Positions 1 through 9,845 of a stretch of 18,000 nucleotides of DNA are shown here, in pieces. The notes beneath the pieces were generated by a model. The model searched no databases. It saw only the letters and a program-made list of their open reading frames with translations, and was not told where the DNA came from. The DNA comes from Takakia lepidozioides. Its lineage: Eukaryota > Plantae > Bryophyta. Where the stretch lies: contig JAKLZA010000298.1 in assembly GCA_030704615.1 (NCBI GenBank), forward strand, positions 1 through 18,000. Direction: 5' to 3'. The position numbers were made by a program, and so were the translations under genes. How positions within the stretch are numbered: the stretch's first letter is position 1; every line of letters begins with the position of its first letter.

Positions 1-403
1 TTGGCTCAAAGTTCTGTAAGAATTGTAACATGTACTGTCTATGGTGCAATGTCCAATTTTTGCTTTGCAATCCTTGCAATCTCAGCTCCTTCAGTATCTG
101 TATCGCCTGTGGGGTAGCAATCGTTTGTTTCTGCAGAATTGTGGTGCTCTTCACCCTGATTTCCTCCATTCCTCTCACTCTCTTCATTCTAGACCCACAG
201 AAATGTTTTGGTTGTAACAATTGAAGAAATGCCTGTAGTGCACAAAGCATAAACGTATGGTTGCCACAAAAAGCTATGGGTAATTTCTTGTAAGCCTGCG
301 GGGCTTGCAAACATCGATCAAGAGAAAAGCTCCGCTCTGTTCTTTCGTATCTATGCCACTGCGTAAGTAATATTGCGAGCGTATAGTCTGTTAGTTCCTC
401 CAT
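1..403 (-). CDS. Putative extra ORF downstream of pol (unknown protein), partial at the window edge
   Basis: Read by hand: ATG at 403 opens MEELTDYTLAILLTQW...AIQILKELRLQGLQSKNWTLHHRQYMLQFLQNFEP with no stop to position 1, and the frame is open from ~660. It is missing from the ORF track because it has no stop inside the window. Confidence 0.55.
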   Translation of the reverse strand, partial: MEELTDYTLAILLTQWHRYERTERSFSLDRCLQAPQAYKKLPIAFCGNHTFMLCALQAFLQLLQPKHFCGSRMKRVRGMEEIRVKSTTILQKQTIATPQAIQILKELRLQGLQSKNWTLHHRQYMLQFLQNFEP

Positions 404-894
404 AGCTTCAAAGCTATAGCATTGATGGTCTGTCCCGTCAAGACGCCCGTTACTTAGAACGACGCCGACTCTTGCGCTTAAATTCCCTCTAATTTCTTGA
501 TCCTTTTTTTGGCTTTCGATTGACTGTAACCGCTGTGACTGGATTTTAAATTTAATTTTCTTTAGTGGACTTTCCCTGCTGGATAGTCCACTAGGATCAC
601 AATGTGACAAGAATTTCGCTTTTCTGTACTTGCCGTTTGTTCCGTTTTCCTTTTTCCGTATTCATTAATGGGCCCGCCATTCATCCGAATTGACGCGCTA
701 AGTAGGTACTTTGACGGCCATTCTTGTCCTCTTTCTTGATGACACCTGTTCTTGCACTTCCTTCTTAGCTGTGTGTTGCGCCCTGACTTCCACGTGTCTA
801 TTTTTAAACTGGTTTCCGTCCTTTCTTCCGTCGGCCATTTTCTTGAAGTTATTGTGCGTCCACCTGTCACTGATTCTATGGATCGTGTAACCCT

Positions 895-1095
895 GGTAGG
901 CTGTGTTGAGCTGAGACAGGCTGTGTCATACTGTGGTACGCTGTGATAGGCTGTGATGCACTGTGGTAAGCTGTGATAGGCTGTGACACGTTGCGATAGG
1001 CTGTGTGGCGCCGTGCTGGGCTGTGATAGGTTGTGTGTCGTGATGGGCTTGTGATAGGCTGTGTTTGCCTGATGGGCTGTGATAGGCTGTGTCAC
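895..1095. repeat. Degenerate tandem repeat of ~10-bp units (GTGATAGGCT / GTGTG variants) at the 3' end of pol
   Basis: ctgtgataggctgtg and close variants recur about 8-9 times; the overlapping ORFs are low-complexity (HSLSQ/TAYH repeats). Confidence 0.85.
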
Positions 1096-1115
1096 GCTTG
1101 TTCTGCCCGCCCTGG

Positions 1116-2100
1116 TCATATATGCTCGGGCCTAGCGACAAGTGCTCCATACTCCGTTGGTAACACTGGGCGCCCCCGTGACTGCTTTTGCGTTTCAACA
1201 TGCAAATCATGCTGCAATGGTTTGTCATGGATACCACTGTACCCCTTCAACTTATTGGCATTGACTCTTCCCAGCATCTCTTTGTTAATGGTTTGTAACA
1301 TGGCGGTGTTGTTATCATACATCTTTTGTATGACATAAGGTCCTTTCCATGGTGATTTAAGCTTAGAAGCTTTAATCTTTCCTTTCTTCTGCAACCATAG
1401 AACCAAATCTCCCGTCTTAAAAGTTTTAACTTGCCTTCATCAAACTGTTCCTTCCTCTTTATCTGAATTCTAGTCATATTATCAGCTGCATCAGCACGTA
1501 CTTCTTCCACATGGTATAATTCATGTTTCCTGACCTTAATGGAATCTTGCAATTCCATTCTCTTTCCCCATTCCGTTCTCATGGTAGGTAACAGGAATTC
1601 CACTGGAAGTAAGGCTTCCATACCATAAACTAATTGGAATGGTGTATACTTAGTGGTGACTTTATATGAAGTCCTGTATGACCACAAAGCTGTCAACAGC
1701 TTTGTATCCCAATCCGTTCTGTTTGCATTGACTATCTTAGCCAAGATAGTACATAGTATTTTGTTGGTAGCCTCTGCCTGTCCATTACCCTGTGGGTAAT
1801 ATGTTGTACTCTTCCTATGCACAATCATGAACTCTTTAGTCAAATAATTCAATGGTCTCATTAATGAAGTGACTTCCCTGATCACTGATAAATTCAAGGG
1901 ACAGCCAAATCGTGTAAGTATGTTCTCATACAGAACCTTGCTGTGGACTTGGCTGTGTTGTCCCTCAAAGCTTTAGCTTCCACCACTTCGTAGTATAATC
2001 AGTTGCTGTAATTATGTACCTGTTCCGTGTATTCTTGGCTGGTGGGTTAATTGGTCCAACAAAGTCTAGTCCCCATTTCTGAAATGGTTCCGTAGGCATT
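1116..2100 (-). CDS. Pol fragment: integrase catalytic core and GPY/F C-terminus (several frameshifts)
   Basis: [12 protein letters not shown] (~2050-2085), ISDQG (~1875-1890), [29 protein letters not shown] and SPWKGPY. Confidence 0.92.
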
Positions 2101-3144
2101 GTAGGATGCAAGGCCATCCTTTCCAGATCTCTGCAAAGGTCCTAGCCTCTGACATTCATCACAACTTTGACAATACTTGTGTACATCTTTGAACAAAGTA
2201 GGCCACCAGTAACCTGCGAGTAGTATCTTTCTACTGGTAGTCTCTTCTCCAAAATGACCTCCAGCCACTCCTTTATGAACTTCCTCCAAAACTTTATTTA
2301 CTTCATGGTGGTACAAGCATCGTTTTAGTACTCCATCAGGTCCTAGCTTATACATTCTGCTTCCTACCATAGTATAAGGTAAAGCTTTGATAGCGATTCT
2401 CTTCCTCTGCTCCTTACCATAACTAGGTGGGCATTGACCATGAGTAAGGTAGTATCTGATTGGCCACTGCCAATCTAACCATTCATCTGCACTTCCTTGC
2501 ACCTCCATTACAAATAAACTCGCATCAGGTAACTGATCGTCCACTCCTGTGGCTGCCTCTCCTGTTGTTAGTCGTGACAAATGATCTGCCACAAGATGCA
2601 AACGGCTAGGCTTGTAAATAACTTCGAACTCAAATTCATGCAAGATTATTAACCACCTCGCTATCCTTCCACTTATCAAAGGTTTGTTCACCAGATATAT
2701 CAGAGCCTGGTGATCCACATAAAACATAAACTTTCTTCCCAATAGGTAATGCCTGAATTTCTTGACTGCATAAATCATTGCCAGTGCTTCTCTTTCAGTT
2801 GTGCTATAGTTCCTTTCAGCACTGTTCATCAACCTGCTAGCATAGTACACAGGTGAATCTATATTTCCTGTAACATTCTGGGCTAACACCGCTCCCAACG
2901 CTTCTCCTGATGCATCGCAGTGAACATGAAATACTACATGCCAGTGAAGGTTAATCAGCACAGGTGTAGTTGTTACTGACAGTGTAAGTTCCTCAAACGC
3001 CTGCTGACATTCAGCTGTCCAGGCAAACACTGCATCTTTCTTCAGAAGCTTGCTCAATGGTGCTGCTATTTGTGCATACCTTTTGACAAATCTTCTGTAA
3101 TAACTGGTTTGCCCAAGGAATCTCCTTAAACTCTTAACATTCAT
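2047..3144 (-). CDS. Pol fragment: RT thumb/connection, RNase H and integrase HHCC zinc finger
   Basis: [14 protein letters not shown]; [15 protein letters not shown]; [14 protein letters not shown]; VDHQAL; VADHLSRL; H-x6-H...CQSCDECQR zinc finger. Confidence 0.95.
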   Translation of the reverse strand: MNVKSLRRFLGQTSYYRRFVKRYAQIAAPLSKLLKKDAVFAWTAECQQAFEELTLSVTTTPVLINLHWHVVFHVHCDASGEALGAVLAQNVTGNIDSPVYYASRLMNSAERNYSTTEREALAMIYAVKKFRHYLLGRKFMFYVDHQALIYLVNKPLISGRIARWLIILHEFEFEVIYKPSRLHLVADHLSRLTTGEAATGVDDQLPDASLFVMEVQGSADEWLDWQWPIRYYLTHGQCPPSYGKEQRKRIAIKALPYTMVGSRMYKLGPDGVLKRCLYHHEVNKVLEEVHKGVAGGHFGEETTSRKILLAGYWWPTLFKDVHKYCQSCDECQRLGPLQRSGKDGLASYNAYGTISEMGTRLCWTN

Positions 3145-4030
3145 TGGTGGTGGAGAGCTTTAATGGCCTCTGTCTTCCTGGGATCCACAAGAAGTCCCTC
3201 TTACACACAATGTGTCCCAGGAGCACCCCTGAGTTCACACAGAAAGTACACTTCTCTGGATTCAGGCCCAGACCTCTCATCCTGCATCTGGCCAGACATA
3301 ACTCCAATTTATGCAAGTGCTCATTCTTAGAGCTGTACACACTGAAATCATCCAAGAACACCTGCATGAAATCATCCAGATACTCATGAAAAGATTCACT
3401 TATTACTCTCTGAAAGGTTGCTGGTGCATTACAAAGTCCAAAGGGCATGACTTTGTATGCATAAGCACCCCAGTCTGTGATGAAAGCTGTCTTTCCTTGA
3501 TCTTCTTCTGCCACTTGCACTTGATTATAACCACTGAAGCCATCCATGAATGAGTACATCTCATGGCCTGCCACAGTGTCCAATACTGCTTCTGTGAATG
3601 GCAAAGGGAAAGGATCTTTCTTCGTACAAGCATTCAGCTTCTTGTAGTTCACACATACTCTTAGTTTACCATTCTTCTTGGGAACTATAACAATGGGTGA
3701 CAACCAAGTTGTATACTCTATTGGGTATATAAACTTAGCCTCAGCCAACTTCTTGATTTCTTCTCCAACCTTCTGTGCGTAGTTGGGATTCATTCTGTAC
3801 CTCGCCTGCTTGATTGGTACTGACCCTGGTTCCAATTCAATCTTATGCTGACAGACTTCAGGTGGTATCCCTTTTAGATCCTCATAGTTCCAAGCAAATA
3901 CATCTCTGTATTTGATGAACAAGCTCTTAGCTTCTTCAAAGAATTCTGGCTCCAAATCAACTCCTACTTTCACCATCCTCGGTTCCTCTTAGTTCCCACA
4001 TTCACTTCCCTCACCTGCTCATCAGCTGTG
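3134..4030 (-). CDS. Pol fragment: reverse transcriptase (frameshifted near 3200 and 3990)
   Basis: ORF 3134-3976 contains WLSPIVIVPKKNGKLRVCVNYKKLN, KDPFPLP, MDGFSGYNQ, MPFGLCNAPATFQR and the catalytic VFLDD. Confidence 0.95.
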
Positions 4031-4335
4031 ATTGTCCAACTAGTCACCACTTCAGCTAACACTATAAGAAAGTTTAGGGTTCACATAAAGCATCAAAACA
4101 AAGTGTAGCAGTACAACGCGGATGCACCAGGTGCAAGATAAACACGATCCGGGCAAACAAGTTTTAGGGGGGGGCCAGTTATGCACCCCTGGAAAATTTT
4201 TCAGATCCTGTGAATCAAACCTGAAAGGAGAGATCCTGAGAGACAGGAAACTAGAATAGAAGTATGCGAGGTGTCCTGAAATGCAACTGCAACCTATGCA
4301 AGAGGCAAATGTGCGTATGAGAACTATTTCACTGG

Positions 4336-5560
4336 ATGCACAGGAGAATAAGAACCCTATCTCTGTTCGACACTATGGCTGAACGAGATGTGGTGTCGTG
4401 CAGTGCGATGCTTGCATGGTATGCACGGCTGGGACGTGGGATGGAGGCTTTGGAGACCTATGAGCAAATGATGGGGAAGCACATCATGTTTGTGTGCATT
4501 TGCAATGCTTGTGCAAGCCTGGCAGCCCTGGAGAAGGGCAAGAGGTGCATGGGGATATCATCAAAGCTAGAATTGTGCCAAATGTCAATCTGAACACTGC
4601 CCTGGCAGCTTTGGAAATGGGAAAGATGTGCATGGCAACATCTTCAGAGCTAGAATTGTACCAGATGACATTCTAAACAATACCCTAGTGAACATGTTTG
4701 CAGCATGTAGGTGCATCTAGGATGCAAAGGGAGTGTTCGACACTATGCCTGAATGACATGTGGTGTCGTGGAGTGCGATATGATGTGCTTGCAGGGTATG
4801 CACAGCAGGGATGTGGAATGGAGGCTTTTGGAGACCTATGAGCAATGGAAGCACATCATGTTTGTGTGCATTTGCAATGCTTGTGCAAGCCTAGCAGCCG
4901 GCCTAGAGAAGGGCAAAGAGGTGCATGGGGATATCATCAAAGCTGGAATTGTACCAAATGTCAATCTGAACACTGCCCTGGCACCTTTGGAAAAGGGGAA
5001 AGAGGTCCACATGCGACATCTTCAGAGCTGGAATTGTACCAAGGTGAATGCTTGTCAGATTACCAGATGCAAAGAGGTGCATGGTTGCATCGCCAAAAGT
5101 AGCAGCTGCAGTGGCACAGTTGATAAAGTCAGGCACCTCAACCATGACCACAACTTCTGGAAGAGGATCAAGAGAGGGAGTCCACAATGCCTCTTCTAGC
5201 ACTTATGGGCATGTGAAGATGCTTTTTGTGAGGCAGGCAGACTGAAAGAGGCTCTACTGACTTTAAACCAAGGAGGCATTTCAGCAGATTCAGATACGTA
5301 TGTTTATCTCTTGCATAAGTGCATCAAGATGAAATGCCAAGTGAAGCTAGAAAGCAGGTGCACACTCACATTATCCAAAGTGCACGCCAAATATTTTTCT
5401 ACTCAACACCCTTGTCAACATGTATGTTATGTGCTGGAGCATCATGGATGCTCACCAAGTGTTCAACAGAATGCCTCAACGATCTTTCATCACGTGGAAC
5501 ACGATGCTTGTAGGGTGTGCACAGCAGGGGCGTGGTATGGAGGCCTTGGAGAATGTGGTG
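4336..5560 (+). pseudogene. Degenerate PLS-type pentatricopeptide repeat (PPR) gene fragments, internally duplicated
   Basis: LFDTMAERDVVSCSAMLAWYARLGRGMEALETYEQM, FVCICNACASLAALEKGKEVHGDIIKAG and DAHQVFNRMPQRSFITWNTMLVGCAQQGRGMEAL, with many stops and frameshifts. ~4365-4660 is duplicated at ~4735-5040. Confidence 0.88.
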
Positions 5561-5735
5561 AGGGCCGCCTTCTTCTTTGACCTATTTCAGCCTGTTTTTC
5601 CCTCTCATTAGACTCGGCCCTGAATTTACATATTTGAATTGTCAAGGACAAATGTGGTGAGGGCACCTTCTTCTTCGACCTATTTCAGCCTGTTTTGCCC
5701 TCCATCAGACTCGGCCCTGAGATACATATTGAATT
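5551..5735. repeat. Two-copy direct repeat (~85-100 bp)
   Basis: aatgtggtgagg..ccttcttctt(t/c)gacctatttcagcctgtttt..cat(t/c)agactcggccctga occurs at ~5552 and ~5652. Confidence 0.85.
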
Positions 5736-5820
5736 CTGTAAGTTAGCTTGTTGGGTGGATTTGTGGTGGTTTGGAATGACTATGACAAGTAACTGCTGAT
5801 GTGGCAGCTGGAAAGTATCC

Positions 5821-6587
5821 AAAATAGATCACAGAGATGAGGAGAATGTGTGGAATGAATACTTTGTTGACCCCAGTGAATGGTGGAACAACCGAGGCAA
5901 AAAGTTGAATGCCTATTAGATGAGAGAGAGTAGCAGACGCAACTCAGCATAGAACTAGTGTGATTGGGTGTTTCCTAGGTTGTCATTGTCAGCTGCTAGC
6001 AGCAAGGGCAAAGATGAATGCATGATTTGTGCAGAGGCATGGATAGCTGAAGGAGAAGGATAGAGTGTGGGTCCAGATTCATCCAAGAGGGCCGGACTTC
6101 AAGCTCTAGATTACCTGTGATTCCATGTGGATCAATAGCTGCAAGAAACCTAAATGGGTAGATGGTCAACTAAAGGCAATAGCTGCAGCGGCACAGTTGA
6201 TAAAATCAGGCACGTCCTCAACCATGACCGCAACTTCTGAAAGAGGATCAAGAGAGGGAGTCCACAATGCCTTTTCTGTGGGGGCATGTGAAGATGCTTT
6301 GTGAGGCAGGCAGACTGACAAAGGCTCTAGGTCTGGAAGCTGGAATCAGGTGCACACTCACATTATCCAAAGTGGATTCATGCCAAATGTTTTTTCTACT
6401 CAACACCCTTGTCAACATGTATGTTAAGTGCAGGAGCATCATGGATGCTCGCCAAGATTTCTACATAATGCCTCAGCGATCTTTAATCATGTGGAATATA
6501 ATGTTGGCAGGATTTACCAAACATGGGTGTGGTAGGAATGCTTTGGCGACCTATGAGCAAATAATGCGCAAAGGGGTGAAGCCCAAC
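5821..6587 (+). pseudogene. OSB-type PDF motif followed by PPR repeats (pseudogene), interrupted at ~6588
   Basis: 5821-5904 reads EENVWNEYFVDPSEWWNNRGKK. After an AG at 6075-6076 it reads IHPRGPDFKL*ITCDSMWINSCKKPKWVDGQL, then PPR text LNTLVNMYVKCRSIMDARQ...WNIMLAGFTKHGCGRNALATYEQIMRKGVKPN. 6180-6560 is a second copy of ~5100-5545. Confidence 0.75.
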
Positions 6588-6601
6588 GCGGGCTGCTATT
6601 T

Positions 6602-6668
6602 CATGAGCCATGAGCCATGAGCGGCATGAGCCATGAGCAGAGTCGTAAGTGTGGAAAAAAACATGAGC
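6602..6668. repeat. CATGAGC heptamer cluster (6 copies), possible subterminal repeat
   Basis: Copies at 6602, 6609, 6616, 6625, 6632 and 6662. Confidence 0.8.
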
Positions 6669-7047
6669 AGCACTATTTTCCGGAAATGAGTGTCCGCGGG
6701 AATAGGGTTTAGGGTGCCACGGTCATAGGGGGAGAAGGACCTCCCGATGAAGGAGGTTCGGCAATGTTATTTAGAATTATATATTGAAAGGCAATGTTTC
6801 GCGAATGGTAGGGTGGTACTGCTCTGTACATGGGGGCCCATTTCAGCCTACCAGCCACTTGCAAAATCACCCACACTCCCAATCCCAAACGAAATGAGCA
6901 ATGACGCATTCTCGGAACGATGGACACAGAATAGAATAAAAGAGGGCACAATGAGGTTTTTATTGATCCACATGAATTGCATTTGAAGCACGTCTACTGT
7001 GCTGATTGTGCCATCAAATCTTGAGCCCTGTGCCTACTGAATACAAG

Positions 7048-7875
7048 TCACGTTGTCAATGGGACTTCGACTGCTCTCAGAACTAGCTCATGAGTCATGG
7101 GGCTCCTCCATGTAAAGTCGATTGCAGCCGTTGTACCGCCCCTAGTGATGTTCACCACAATGTCCTGCCCTTCAATCATACCACCATCGAATATGGAAAT
7201 CTTCACGTTTTCGTCGTCCACACCAATGCGAATGTCCCCATACAATGGAGAAGAGGAGCGCACTCCTTGAGGAGAATAGGTCTCTCCGATGGAGTCCACC
7301 CACGTCCAGTGGCAGCAGTTCCACCGCAACAGCATAGCAGTGCGCCTTCTTCTGCATGGGTGACCGTCGTAGCTGGGAAAATCGGAATCGAGGATGCGCA
7401 GGAGCCACGGACTCCTCAGACCAAGATCGTCACCCCGCTCGAAGGCGTAGTGGCCTACGATATACTCAAAAGCCACCAATGTTTCCACAATCGAACCAGT
7501 ATCTTCTGTGTAATCTGTGTACCAGATAACAATGTCTCCCGATGTGGCCGAATACATTGCATAATCGATGCCTCCAAAGGGGCAGTCGTCCCGGTTCCGG
7601 AAGCACGGCATCCTTGCAAAGGAGGACCTGAGGACGACTTGGATGCCGATGACCTTGCGGACAGCTACGAAGCCCTTAGATTTTGGAAATGATACGAAGC
7701 GGAAGAGCAGTCCGGCCTCCAATAATGGAGCATCTGGGTCACACGTACCCACCGACGGAGGTGGAACGTGTTCATCACGCCAGCGGTGGATGAACCATAC
7801 ATCTTTCTCATCAAAAGTTATAGTTTGAGATCTGCCACGAAGTCCATCCCCCCGGATGGAAATTCGGCGCCGCAT
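7048..7875 (-). CDS. Hypothetical protein, paralog A (start uncertain)
   Basis: Uninterrupted 275-codon ORF. Its RMPC...RWNCC...PLYGDIR...DGGMIEGQDIVV region aligns by eye with the 8034-8705 product. Confidence 0.75.
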   Translation of the reverse strand: MRRRISIRGDGLRGRSQTITFDEKDVWFIHRWRDEHVPPPSVGTCDPDAPLLEAGLLFRFVSFPKSKGFVAVRKVIGIQVVLRSSFARMPCFRNRDDCPFGGIDYAMYSATSGDIVIWYTDYTEDTGSIVETLVAFEYIVGHYAFERGDDLGLRSPWLLRILDSDFPSYDGHPCRRRRTAMLLRWNCCHWTWVDSIGETYSPQGVRSSSPLYGDIRIGVDDENVKISIFDGGMIEGQDIVVNITRGGTTAAIDFTWRSPMTHELVLRAVEVPLTT

Positions 7876-8033
7876 TTACATCGAAGAGGGGATGGACTTC
7901 GTCGTGTCCAGTGGCTATCGGCCCACCTGCAGTGACTGCCCATAGTTTGCATGGCAGGGTAGGAAACTGAAACGGCTACATTCATGCAGCAGCCAATCTT
8001 CATCGGTCCAGGATCCTGTAGGGGGAAATTTAA

Positions 8034-8705
8034 ATGTGCCCTGGAGTGTTTGTGAGGAATTGCAGCGTTAGCTTGAACTTTTTCCAGCCACCGCGCTGCT
8101 CCTCCTCCATCCGGGAGCTGCTGTCATTGAGCGTACTCCGCTACTCTTTTTCAAGGATGCCGTGCCGCCGAAATCCAGCCGACTGCCCTTATCATGGCCA
8201 CGATTATGCTATGTTCAAACCAGAATCAGGAGACATCATTGTCTGGCTCTCTGTTTTCACAGACGCTGCTGGAATCAAGCAAGAGTCTTTGCGCGCAATG
8301 GAGTATCTGGAGGGCTATTACCGCTTTGAGCGAGGTGAGGGCGAGGGTCAATGCGGTCCGTGGGTCCTGAAAATTGTTGACCTCGATATACCAAGCTGGA
8401 AAGGGATGCCGGACAGATCACGCACGGCCTCGCTTTGGCGCTGGAACTGCTGCCAGTGGACCAGGGAGGACGGCACCGGGGAAAACTATATACGTGCAGA
8501 TCACTCCGCTCTTCCAGTGTATGGAGACATTCGGCTGAGTTGCGAAGACGAATCGCACGGGCACATGAGGCCCACAGTGACCTTGTCAATGTATGATGGT
8601 GGTATCATTGATGGACATGACATTGTCGTCGGCTCCAGCAAGGGCAGCAGAACGACGAATTGCAGTTTACCTCGAGGTGCCGCAGCAGTGATGAGCTTGT
8701 TTTGA
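8034..8705 (+). CDS. Hypothetical protein, paralog B
   Basis: Uninterrupted 223-codon ORF. About 59 of 113 residues are identical to paralog A from RMPC to GE(T/N)Y (hand count). Confidence 0.75.
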   Translation: MCPGVFVRNCSVSLNFFQPPRCSSSIRELLSLSVLRYSFSRMPCRRNPADCPYHGHDYAMFKPESGDIIVWLSVFTDAAGIKQESLRAMEYLEGYYRFERGEGEGQCGPWVLKIVDLDIPSWKGMPDRSRTASLWRWNCCQWTREDGTGENYIRADHSALPVYGDIRLSCEDESHGHMRPTVTLSMYDGGIIDGHDIVVGSSKGSRTTNCSLPRGAAAVMSLF

Positions 8706-9046
8706 GGGTATCGAAGTTCCGTCGACTTGGTGAAGCCCATGTAGAAGGAGGAAGGGCTTAGTTTGTCTGCAGTTGGTAAATGTGAGACATCGTGTCCGAT
8801 CAATAAACCCATCGTACCTCACTTCTGTATGATTGTGTTTCATTGTGTTGAATAACTGTCGGAATTGGCCCACTGTTTACAATTTGATGTCTCATTTCTA
8901 CAATGTGTCTGTCCGGATGAATATAGCAGAGTAACCGTATGTGAGTCATGTGTCAAGAATATACCAGTAACGCCATGTCGGACATTGAATGCTTTCCATG
9001 TCGGCATCGAAATGATGATTTGTTTAAATTTAACATTACCGCATTG

Positions 9047-9708
9047 ACATGCGGTGCATCATTTCCGTCCAGGTACACGAAATACCAACACGGGTCTATA
9101 AATTGACAGAAAACGAGGTTGGCATTGCAAATGCGGCGACGCATTTCCAGCTTGGCAATGGAAACTTCTTTTTGGACAAGGGAATGCGGTGCCGCATTTC
9201 CGTCAACACTTCGAAAAGTGTGACATTTCCGACCAGCGCGATGGAATGCGTTACCGCATTTCCGAGAGAGGGTCTGCAAATGGACAAATTGCGATGTCCG
9301 TTCTGGAAATGCGGCGCCGCATTTCCATGTCCGTCATCGACTTTTTTTTACAATGGAATGCGGTGCCAATTTTTTGCTGATGGGCCTGCAGTTCGAACAA
9401 CGACCATCCCCAATATGAAAATGCGGCACCGCATTTTCAATCCCGCCATCTCGACCTCCTTGTTCGACCTCTTGTTCGACCTCTGTAAGCGTGGTGGCAT
9501 CCATGCAATGAGCGGGAGAGGCCAAAACTGGCGTGTGGACAAAGGAAATTTTGGAAATGCGGCACCGCATTTCCAATTCAGATTACTTTTTACTATGCCA
9601 ACATTGAAATGGAAAATTTAGTCCCTCCCCTGTTTTGGAAATGCGGTGCCGCATTTCCAAAAGAGGTTCTTAGAGTTGCCAAATTTTTGGAAATGCGTGC
9701 CCATTTCT
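9047..9708. repeat. Cluster of ~10 GGAAATGCGG-YR-CCGCATTTCC palindromes
   Basis: Copies start at about 9047, 9127, 9180, 9242, 9305 (perfect), 9353, 9417, 9553, 9637 and 9689. A 3x ~12-bp TCGACCTCTTGT tandem sits at 9451-9486. Confidence 0.92.
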
Positions 9709-9845
9709 GATTTTGGGAGCGTCGTGGGTTTGGGCGATTGTGTGGCTGGAATGCACACTGGAGAGGGGTCACGAATGTCGGGCAGAATTTCTTTATATAC
9801 TCTGGAAGAGAATTTACATTTACAGAGACTTCATTAAAAATTCTA

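Larger units (their letters stand above)
1..4045 (-). mobile_element. Ty3/gypsy LTR retrotransposon internal region (non-chromovirus-like), 5'-truncated; runs off the left edge
   Basis: Domain order RT-RH-INT on the minus strand is the gypsy order. No gag, protease or LTR is visible. Pol-like sequence (EQVREVNVGT...EPRMVKVGVDL) fades out at ~4045. Confidence 0.93.

Noticed and set aside
562-1119. 185-aa minus-strand ORF
   Set aside because: Largely a translation of the tandem repeat. It might be a pol tail, but it is unsupported as a separate gene.
4071-4175. TTTAGGG units as telomere, or the G-run as a PPT/LTR boundary
   Set aside because: Only isolated single units; no second LTR copy or TG...CA pair could be identified.
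6747-6986. 79-aa plus-strand ORF near the putative terminus
   Set aside because: Short, with no motif or homology support.
7090-7692. 200-aa plus-strand ORF
   Set aside because: Antisense to paralog A, whose frame is supported by homology with paralog B.
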